A stretch of DNA of 64,000 bases from Dimorphilus gyrociliatus (Eukaryota > Animalia > Annelida): the NCBI GenBank assembly GCA_904063045.1, contig CAJFCJ010000016.1, forward strand, positions 558,001-622,000, given 5' to 3'. The translations under genes and the position numbers were made by a program. Under the pieces are notes generated by a model that saw only the letters and a list, made by a program, of their open reading frames with translations, did no database searches and had not been told where the DNA came from. This document shows, piece after piece, positions 49,533-61,300 of the stretch (its first letter is position 1; every line of letters begins with the position of its first letter).

Positions 49533-50834
49533 CTCTCTCTTTCTCTCTCTCTCTCTTTCTATTTGCCAGCCTGCCTGTCTGTCTATCTGTCTGTCTCTCT
49601 TTCTCTCTCTCTATCACTCGTCTCATATTTTAATAATTATTATAAAATTTAGCTTTTTCTCAAAGATAAAATCTGTCTAATTTAAGCCTATACAGAAAAA
49701 AATATGAAAGTAATAAATCACGATTTAAAAAGGAAAAAAGTATAGAAAAAAAAAACGAACAATAAAAACAGATTTTAACTATTAGAAAAAAAAAGATGGA
49801 GATGATGGAAATATTACAAAAATGGAGAAGAGAAAAAATACTAGTTGGCTGTTTTTTAGTATTATTTTTTATTAAAATATGATTAATAAGGGAAATATAT
49901 TTCCTAATTCTTTAAAAATCTCTAATAATACATTATTGAGCAACGAAATTCCTATTGGGATAATATTAGAGGAAAAGGAACAATAGGGATAAGTCTAATT
50001 ATTCAATATTAGCTAGATTTACAAGAAAATAAGGAAATAATACAAATATACACTACGAAGAAGTAAGGTTGCAGTTTGTAACGAAAGAAATCCTTGTAAA
50101 GAAGTATCTGATAAGCTTTCCTCTATCATGGACTAGTCGACCTTGTAAATAAATTTAGAGTGGAAACAACTTTGCCCTAGCATCTCCTCGGATGAGAAAT
50201 GATTGGAAAAATGTCTCTATTCAACTTGAAAGTTTTTAGGATTGGTTTTGTTGTATTTCTATTGTTTATTGGATTGATATTTTTGTTGTTATTTTTGTTT
50301 TTTTCCCTTCTTTTTTGTTGTATTCTTTTGAAAGTAATAACAAGCTCTTATTAGGCTTCTTCCTTGTTAATTAACAAGCGTGTAATAATCAAAGTGGAAT
50401 AAATAGAATGCCATAAATATTTAGTAGTTATTGTTATAGAGAAGCAAATTAAGGCATGCACAAGGTTACTTTAGTCGAATAAAAGAAGCTTATAATAAAT
50501 AAATAAATAAATAAGTTAGTGAATAAATAAATATGTATACGATGGATAAAAAGTTACTTTAATATTTTCTACTAAATTTACATAAATAAAAAAAGAAATT
50601 GACAATTTGAAAGTATTACGTGCAAGTTCCATGACCTGACTTTTGTATTCCTGAAATCCGACAGGACGTTTTTAGGTAATGACTGGAAAGCGAATACTCC
50701 CTCACGATCATTACACCACAAGCAACCATAATGCAGGAGGCAACAACCGCAACAGTCAGAAGTAAACAATTTGACGCCCTCGTCCTGAAGACGCCTGTTT
50801 CCGTTTGATTTCTGGGTAGGCCGAGCAAGATCAT
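41938..50834 (-). CDS. Two-TM BK channel beta-subunit (KCNMB)/TipE-like protein, 301 aa
   Basis: Exons 50834-50620, 46888-46729, 42468-41938 (906 nt; phases 2 and 0 match). TM1, loop with 8 Cys including FPC..I.V.Y and FEC.Y, TM2 IHSMLWPS, cytoplasmic tail. Confidence 0.78.
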
Positions 50835-53800
50835 CGTCTGGAATGATGCTGAGTAAAACTTACTCGAAGACAAAACGCCTCCTGGCGGACACCTGCCTCA
50901 GTAAATCGATCGCTTTGCAAAAATATCTACTGCAATATATATTGCAGTGTATAATGCCGAGATTTTCAGTATAGGCTGGTTGGCAGGTGACCGTTAAGGT
51001 TGTGTCTTGAATCCACATGTCACGTGATACGAATAAAATAAAACTGGAGAATAATAATGAAAAGCAGCATGCTAAATTCATAATCAATGAACATTAATTT
51101 AAAGGTGATTGTATATGGCAGGGTAATGGTGGTTGTATGATTGAAATATTTTTATCTAACTTAATTGATTCTACACGACACGTATCATCACGTTCATCAC
51201 GATAGTTTTCTTCCTATAAAATATTTATAGGGAAATGCATATTTAAAAAAGAAAAATCAACTTCTCAAGTGACGAGCAAACTTTCGAGTACTAAATATTT
51301 TCTTCAACGTCCGCCTCTTCTCCCTTGATTATTAACTTAGTTAACATCGTCCCATACTTTCGTTACAATTACAGAATACAATAGCCATTGTAATTAACAG
51401 TTGACACTATAAATAACCTGGTGCCTAATAAGAATATATCATTATTCTATTAATATTTATAAGGTATTAATTATTAAGGTAACATATTGTTTGTAGATAA
51501 GAGAATAACGTAAAAAGTAAATATTAATAAGATATTTTAATGTTTTTCATTTATTCTAAAGTCTCCCCCTCCTCTCTCTCTCTCTCTTTCTCTCTCTCTA
51601 TCTTGTATACTGTTTCTGCAAACTGTTCACTATAAATGCTCTTTATATTGTATATATAATATATTTTTCCTATATCATGTAAACAGATGTATATATCAAT
51701 CTCTCACCTCTAAATATTCAAAGCTGATTGGATTTATTTTAAAATAATCTGGTTATAGGCTGAATCTCAGTTCTAAAAGTATAATTTATGTATATCCTTG
51801 TTATTCAGAAGTTTATTATAATTTTTAAACAGATGTACAACATATAGTATATTATTCTTATTATTGAACTACATAGATGTCGCTGTTTTACCTAATTTTA
51901 GCTTGGAAAGAAAAGCAGTTTCTTTTGAACTTTTCTCTTTTATTAATTTCATGAATATTCATATTTCTAGCAGTGAAAACAAAACATATAAATATATATA
52001 GAAAAAGCTATCAATCTTCTTTATACATTTCTTTAGTATTTATTGTAGTTTATTCAAGTATAAACTCATACATAACTCGTCCAGGTGATAGAATATTCCT
52101 TGTATTTTCTTTAAAGGCTTTACCTTTAGTGTATTTAGAGTACTAGACACTTGAAAAAGTCACGAAATGGGGATAAAGAGGGAAAACTTTTTTTTGTTGG
52201 CTGTTTTCTCTAGTTGTTTCAATTTATTTTCTTTTTCATTTCTGATAAACTTGGTTTGTCTTAAAAGCAAACAAAATTATATATAGGTCAATGAAGGTAT
52301 GAGTATAATGCGAAAAAGTTACAAGAAGGTACTTATACAATATTGATTGTCCATGGAGTGTCATGTTACAGAGGAATATACGCAAATAAATCAATAGCTA
52401 CCGCAAAAATCAGTTTAGGGATACTAAAATGCAAACATTTAATCTCCGAAAATCACGTGACAACTCTTTCATTCCTCTCAATGAAATAACAACCTCCTCT
52501 TTTACTTTTGTAAATTCCTAAACGATATTTATAAGCAAGAACGACCAACCGTAATCAGCTATATATAGGGCTCATTAAGTTTACAGTACTTGAAATCTAA
52601 TCAACTTTAACAAGTATATACAATTCTATGTTAATGAAGGGAGCAATCTGGCCCTTAAAGAATAAATAAGGGGGGGAAGGAAAAAAGTGGCGTACAGGAA
52701 ATAATATCCAGATCTGGATAGAGAGATAATATCTATTAGAAGATTTAGCAAAATCGAGAATATCTATTCGAGGAGCTTATTGTAAGATATAAAGAGTAAC
52801 ATAGGAGAAATATTGACACTAATTATTTAAAATTTAGACCATCGTACGTTATTGTTGTTAGCATATTTTCCTGAGAATATACAGTATATGTATATATTGA
52901 TATAAAATGGATAAATTACTCTTTAAGTTAGTCTAATGATGCTTTCGAGTGTTAAAAAATGTCTTTTGAATTATTTGTGCAAAAGAAGATTGAAAATAGC
53001 CATAAAAATGTAATCGTTTAATTCCTTGGTATTTTCCAGTTTCGTTTTAATTCAGTCATTAATTAATCGGAGGCTGACATTTCCGTTTATAAAAATGGCA
53101 AGACATTACTCTAATATTATACAGAAATATTAATCTAACTGTTATCCTTACTAATAGGCCCATTAGAGAAAAAAATCCACAACCTTCGATCGACAATTCT
53201 TCAAACTGTTAATCCAGTTAATGCTGTAATCGTTCCAATTTCTCGGTAAATCTCATTCTTATTGATTAAAAAAAGCAGCGCGACGGAAGAGACCAGTTAG
53301 CGAAAACGTTCTCTGGTGTTCTTTCCATTTCGTTCGCTCATTCTATTCCCCTCTCCTTTCCGGCAAAAATATCTGCAATGACTGCAATTGTTCCGGCCGA
53401 GTTTTATGCATTATTTTCTGATTTGGATTCGGAAACAGAATTAGTTTAAGTATAGTATTTGGAATGGACATTCAAAATATCATTCATATAGAGGAGATAG
53501 ACAAGATATTCCCTTGGATTTGTTGGAAAACAATATATAAGAATAGTATATTTTACTGAAAAGAGTATTTGTAAACTAGTATAGTATGTAGATACTACAA
53601 TCTTATCTCTTCTTTCTTTTCTCATACATTTAAAGATTGTAATAGATTGATTAATTAGTTTTTCTTTCAAAATTCAAGAATAGACAGATATTTAATAAAG
53701 TATATTTAATAGGAAAAAAATTAGGAATATTAAAGACTTGTTGTTGGTATAAGCCTCTTTTTCACCCTTCCTCCCTTTCTCGCTCCCTCCCTCTCTCACC

Positions 53801-53849
53801 TACGTATGCACCATCTCGCGGTGAGTTTTTTTTTCCAAACATAAACCAG

Positions 53850-53857
53850 TGACGTCA
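53850..53857. promoter_or_regulatory. Full CRE palindrome TGACGTCA (also at 37336 and 44475)
   Basis: Exact CREB/ATF site in non-coding DNA; function untested. Confidence 0.3.
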
Positions 53858-56800
53858 AGGAAGGGAATAAAAAGGGAAGTGGTTTTTAATAGAAATCTTT
53901 TCCAGTTTTTTTTTATTCAATTGACGTAGTATTCGCTTTATTGTCGAGGGTTAGACGCTTTTGTTTTGAAAACAGAAGAATATATCTAATCACTTTCATT
54001 GTTAATGAAACATTTTACAATAGAATAAAATACTGGAAGTGTTTGTGCAAGCATTTATCTAGAATATACAGTATATATATATATAAATTTATGTATATAT
54101 ATACATATATTTAGTTCTTAATTATCTATTAAGTTTAATAAATAAATGAATATTATAAAGAATTATGAAGAATTAATAATATATTTAAGTCTATTTCTAA
54201 TTAGAAGAATATCTTATATTAAATATTAATATTTGTATATTTTAAGATTCTTACGTAAGTTTTGACGTAAAACTTTCGATAAACTAAAAAGTGCGTTAAT
54301 TTTTTTAGACACTATAAAACAAGGAAAAAGTTGATTTTACTACTAACCTACGAGGGTTTCTAAAAAGGTCTACTTCCGGCAGGTTGACTACCATGAGGAT
54401 GGAAAAGGATACAGCACCTATTTTGATTATGAACTCGCCATCAGACATTATTTAGTTATTGATCAATCATTTAATAAATATTTTATAGTTTTAAACATTT
54501 TATCAATTCCAACCATATTTTATATATAAAATGTTATATTAAATGTGAAAGTAATAAATTCATAAATTGATATTTGATAAAGAAAGGAGATGAGGGAAAA
54601 CAGAAAAAGGATAAATAATATTTTTATCAGCGTACAATTAATCAGGTAGAAAAGTAAAATGAATACAATTGTTTCCTTCTAAGAGAATCTTCTAACTGAA
54701 TTTCTCTTGAATTAAATATTATAACGTTTAAAAGAGAAAAGAAAGAAACGAATGACCATGAATGAAAAATTTAATATAGAAATTTAATATTAAAGCATAG
54801 AGCTCGTGATGAATATCTTGATTAGTCATTATTCAATTTTCTTTTTCATGTTTTTCCCTTTGTATAGAAAAGAGGTCAAATATTAATTTTCTAATATTCT
54901 CTCTATTCAAATAAATTTTATTTTACTTATCAAAAGAAGATGGTTTACTTTATTTTCAAATTAAGATAAATCGTATATTTTTCCATATTATTTAAATAAT
55001 TTCTATTTCAGACACGTAAACTACTCGATTTTCATTTAATATCAATTGTTTTAAGACAGAGAGAGAGAGAGAGAGAGAGACAGTATACTGTATATATAAT
55101 ATCTTGATTATAAACAGTACATTTTGCTATTATTTTAACCTTGGAGATTGTTTTATATAGTCTTGTTTATTTTGCAAAAAAATTGATTGATCTTTTAAAG
55201 AAAATAGATTAATTGACTGAATAAACTAAGCAAGTGTTGTTGGGAAAAATCGTGTCATCTCCCTTTTAATTATGCCTACTTCTAACTGATAAAGTATCAT
55301 ATACTACTTGATAATAATAACATTAATAAGGAGAAGAGATGAGATACATATGGTGTACAAAAAAAAAAAGAGAAAAAAAAACACTCTAGGTTCCTTAAGA
55401 CTATTTTGTAATTTGCATAATGGAGAGATTTTCATTTTGACTAAAATATAAAATCTAGGTCATTTAGAAAATAGCAAAATGTAGAATCTTTATTAGTTTT
55501 TGTTTTCTTCGTAATAGCTCTATGGCTAATGATTTATTAAGTTTTATGTTTAATAAAGCATCTTAATGAATTGTATTAACGATTTTCATGTCTTGTCATA
55601 TATAGACCGATAAAAGAACAGTCGTCTCAAATTTACCTCTTTTATAGGCTGACGTCTTTTATGAGAACTCTACTCAAGAATGCTTATGATGCATTGCTTA
55701 AAGTTACTTAGGACGCTTAATTACTTATAAATATTCGGTATATAGACACATTTCAACTAGATAAAGTGAATCGTAGATCTATAGGTAAGCCTTTTTCGTT
55801 GTAATCTTTAACTTTTCTGTTTGTCTATGCGTGTTTGAAGAAACTAGACGCCACTTGCAAAGCAATTTCATACATCTCTAATAGACTTTAATAAATTTGA
55901 ACTCTACTGAACAAGAGTATTTTGCTAATAGTATTCGATTTTTGAAAGATTTTCAATATTTAACTTGGCTAAATTCTGAATAATAGCACTCGTCAGCCAA
56001 GTCTGGTAAACTCTAGAATTAAACGTGACTTCGGTAAGGAAAAAAATTCTATACAGGCCCGTTCTCCTTTTCCTATCATTTCCAACTCCTGCCTCTTTCT
56101 TCTCCTATCACCTTACTATTCTTCTTAATTAACTTAGGAATAAGTAATCTCTTTTCTAAATCATTTTCAATTCCTTAAACAAATTTAGCTTTTTTTTTTC
56201 TCAAGTATTCATTAATAAATGTTAAATGTTATCGTTTGAATAGATTAATAACAATTTGCCATGGGATTTTTAATTGAAATAAACATTAATTATCTCTTTT
56301 TAACCTTAAATGTAGATTAATAATGAATACTTAATGCAGTATTATAGACTTTAAATGCAGTCAATTCTATCTTTACTATAGTTGGTTAACTTAAGTATTA
56401 GTATATGTATTTATATATCTACGTTTTCTGCTTTCTTTCCAGAGATTAAAACTTATTAATTTTAAGAAAAGTGTCGCCATCTGTTGAATCATACTATCAA
56501 TTAGTTATCCGCCAACTTTGCTTTAATACAATTGATGACATGAGAAAATAGGCCTAGGATATTTTGAATTAGCTTGCTAATTCTGTCTGGAAGACGAATA
56601 TAACTTTACTAATTTAATGAATTAAAGATTGTTTATTAAAAAGAAAGAAAAACATATAAAAGCAAAATATTACTAAAATAATTAATTAATAAGGAAAGTG
56701 AACTGTTGAAAATATAAACAAATGTATTCTTATATATATTATCTTATTATAGGCCTATATATAATATATAGGTCTACTCATATTTACTGTATATACAGTG

Positions 56801-58345
56801 TACAGTATATAGATATGTCATTTCTCTGTCAATATAATTATTTTTACCAAAAATTTTTATTGTAAATTATATAATTGTTACAGTCAGCCATCTTTTTTTA
56901 TTACAAATACTGTAATTTTCACAATAAATAATCCATTAGTTCATCAATAAATGGCAAATAGTTTGGCACAAAGAAGCACTAGAAAAATCAATCATTTTAA
57001 TTAAAAAGTCAGTTCGATAAAGAATTATCGACTTTTCTCCAACCTTTTTCATTCAAAGCAAAGGCGACCATTTTCTTCGGTAATGAACAAAGAGAAAGCG
57101 TTTTAGACCACTTTTAAGGATTTTTGTGTTTTAAAACGTTCTCTTAAGGTGACTATTGTTATAATTAGTAGGATGTGTTAGTAAACTGTTGATATTATTT
57201 CTAAAAACAGGATAATTAAGAAATAAAAGAAAACTATCGAAATTGAACCTACTATAGTAGAGATATTTGAACAATAATATAAAGTATCCATAGCAGCAAA
57301 CAGATAAATCTATGAATTGTAATTAATATTTTATAGTTAAATCTTAAAAAGCAAAGAGTAAACGATATTCAATAATTTCGTAAGTTTTAAGTGAGAAAAT
57401 GAATAATGAATTAAATTCTGTTGATCTTATTTCTTCTCTTCACGCAATTTTCATATTACTTTTAGTAGAACAATGAGAAATTTCTAAAGAAATCAGTAAT
57501 ATAATATAGAATATTTAATAAATATGATGTATGATCTGTTAATAATATATTATAGTTGTTTAATGGTTCAAAGCAGAATTTAATTTAACCAGGAGTGTTT
57601 TGCAACAAGGAAATTTAGGTTAAAATCTCCTTTCTTTTTACGTATATACAGTATATATTGTTACATAACACATCGAGATAGCTTAAAAATTAATTCATAA
57701 GTTAATTCAATATAAGAATTCTCTTATATTCATAAACAACTTTCACTTTTTATACTTTTAGTATTTAAATATTTATACCCACGTTTGTATAGATTATTCT
57801 TTTAAGCATATCTATCTATCTATTTATATACATTGTACATTATCAGTTTGTACGGTTATTTCGAGTTAACGTTTAATGATGTCCTAAACGGAGGTAGTCG
57901 CTTTATAAATTCTGATTTGACGACGGTATTGATTTGTTTCCGCAAATATTCATAGGCTTGTTTTTAAGTGCAAAATAATGTTGTGTGCCATATGATTCAT
58001 CACTAGCAAACTAAAAGTATCTCAAAAGAGACAAAGTTTTTTTTTATTACTGTTTTCAAGTGCTTTCGGAAATTATTTTTCTTTATGGAGTAACTTTTCC
58101 AAAAAACTATTATCATTCAATATATTGACATAAACCGAAATATATCTTTAAAAAGATGCCTAAGAGTAATAAATTAGATGAGGTTTGTCTAATGTTCTAT
58201 TATTAAATTGTATATACTATATATATACGTATCGTTTGTTGGAGTCTTTTTATATTAATAATAATAATAATAGTAAATACTTACTTACTAATTAATTCCT
58301 TTGTTCGTTTAGTTTTCGAAAGAATGGAATGAAAGACTTAAAAAT

Positions 58346-61300
58346 ATGCCGGGACCTTTAAAGAGGCAGAAAAGTAGATCAAAAATATCTCCCAGTGGAG
58401 GTAATAAACAAGAATCAAGTGGACCAAACTTGTGGAGTGAAGTAAGTATCAATTAATTATGGGAATAGCAAGATTTCTTTTTATAAACTACAATATGTAC
58501 TTTATATATTTATCTTTGACTAGGCTAAAACAAAATCAGCCATAACCCGTCTTAAAAGAGCTCCGCCTTCAACGGCTGATTCTGGATCGATAAGTAATGG
58601 TAATGTATTTATGCGATATTTATAGTAAATAAGATTCACTCTTCACTCTAATGCACACAGAAAAAAGTGCACAAACTAAAAATAATATTAGATCGACTCC
58701 TGATAATCAATACAAAATCAATGCACAAATCCATCAGCAAGACAGCTCATCTAGCTTGGCTCTAAGTATAGCCACAACGATTGGTAAGAGTTTTTTCTAA
58801 AATATTCCAAGTCATTCATAGTATCTTTATCTTATCTTATATAATAAACATAGATAACATTTTATTACTGGGCAGGAAGGAGAGAGAAGGGGTAAGGAGT
58901 GATAAACAACTATAAAAGATATACATTTAGATTTTAGAATAATAAAAATATGATATGAAAGAAATACTTGTCAACACTTTTTTGTTTTATATAAAACTTA
59001 TATAAGAAAAGATGGTCATTTATAAGAAATTGCAGAGTTTATTAAGCACTTTTCAAGCTAAAGAAGACAAGCAAGAATATACAATATTTGCAATAATTCA
59101 CTACACTTTAAAAAACTACACGCCTGCATAAATTTTAGACAACATTTGCAATATTGCAGACGCAATAAACACTGAATTATGCCACAGTAATAAATTAAGT
59201 CAAACTTTGTAAGAAAGAGAATATTGAACAGTTTCTTTCAAGACTTAATTAATCAATATTTCGATAGATGAGAGTGAAAATGTTATGGAATCGAAGGAAA
59301 GGGAAAATGAACTACATCATCAACTCAAAGATACTTTAGCTGAATGTTCTAGGCAGAGGTTGAGAGCTTTACATATGTCTTTAAGGAGACAGGCGAATTC
59401 GGAGACTAGAATTAACCAAAAAGACTTGGATAAAGTTTTTCAGGAAAATCAAATTAAAGTATCATCCAGAGCCTTTCAGTTATTATGCGAAGTTTTTGGT
59501 GATTCTTATGGAATTAACTTTGATAAGATGTGGAAATCTCTTGTTACAGCTCAATGCCAAACTGGTACAAATGGAGACATTTATTTGTTATATATTAGAC
59601 TGGTTTTAATGGAAACCACTCGGAGAGTTATCATTATTTATTATATTTTTATTTTACTCTTTATAGGTAGAGACAGTGTCTTGGCACAAGAAAGGAAGCA
59701 TGAAATTAATTCTGATGCCTTCTACGTTACCCCGGAACAAAGAGATGCTGACCTAATCAGTAGAATCGAGAAGCAATTAACCAGCAGTAGAATTCCTTAT
59801 AACATTGATAAACTAAAAAACGCCTGTCAAAAGAAAGATAGCGATAAGGTTGGAAAAGTTCGTCAAACTGAGGTAAACAAAAACTCTAGGCCTATTAAAT
59901 GAATTAATATTATCCATTGATGCCGACTATGAATTGTGCTATTTTCCTAAAGCTCCACAATATATTTATGGATCAGAATTTTCCAGTTTACGGAGCACTT
60001 TTGAACTCTTTATTAAAGCGATGCGACGACGAAAAATCTGGTAATGTTAGTTGGCCAGAGCTGATGAGCTTTATTGAGACGGCTCATCAAAATTTAAAAT
60101 CTGGAAAGAGCTCAACTGTTTCGTTAAATGCATCTTTAGCCTCTTTAAAAACCCTCTCATCCTCTCAGAGTGGGAAGAAACCCAGTAGGCAAGGCTCTAT
60201 TAAGAGCGTTAAAAGTTCAGCAACTAAAAAGGGTGAGACGAAATCACCGGCCACAAATATTAAATCAAAATCTCCTAGGCCAAAATCAACAACTCCATTG
60301 CCAAAGAGTGACGCTCCTAGAAAAATTGAAGACGTTCTCGAAAAGGATGAAAAAGCTGAAGAATCTACTCAAAAAGAAGTAAAGGAAACAAAAGTAACGA
60401 ATAATTATTTCAATAAAAAGAAATTGTTCATTCAATTTATATATATATGCAAATCTTACTGATCAGCCTGAAAAGGTTACGGATAAAGGAAGTTATCAGT
60501 CGGACAAGCTATCTGACAGACAGAGCGTGTCAAGCGTCCAATCAACTATTTCTCAGGCCGATAAAACTAAAGCTGTTGCAGTTGCGAGTAAGTTATTTAC
60601 AATTATTATTAATTAATTAACTAATTAATTAATTAATATAAAATCCCCTACTAAAAAAACCGAACCTTTAAAAATAAAAAATTCCAAAACTTTATCAAAG
60701 AAACAAAGATGAGAATGAAATAATTTAGAATATTTATTTTTCTTTCATTCTCTCTCTGTTTATCTTTACTCTATCTATTTCTCTTCTCTCTTTTTTCTAT
60801 ATCTATAAGCTATTTTATATAAATATTATATTTATCATAAACATTATTATAGCTATAAAAAAAATATCAATGTTCTTTTTATTCATAATAGATGTTTTTC
60901 TACATATTCAAATTTTTTTATCTATATATCTTTCTCTCTCTCTCTTTCTCTATTTTTGCTGTTTAGTACTATTAGACTTAATTTCCAGAAAAAGTTCTTT
61001 CTCAAACCCAATCTAATGTGAGCCTATTGACATCTATAAAACAAGAAGGTATATTTTCGAGGCAAAAAGAGAAAAAATATCTGGCATTATTTATCAATAG
61101 GATATATATTTTCTAATTATATAGTTATATATAATATATAGATATGCTTATTTATTTACAAACTGTATATAAGACTTTTAATATTCCCTCTAAAACAATT
61201 ATATACAGTCGAGTATTGCGATGCATCAAATAATGCCTTAAAAAAAACAGGCCTACACTTGGCGAGCACTCTTTTTCATCAGATTCCTTAAGTAAACTGC

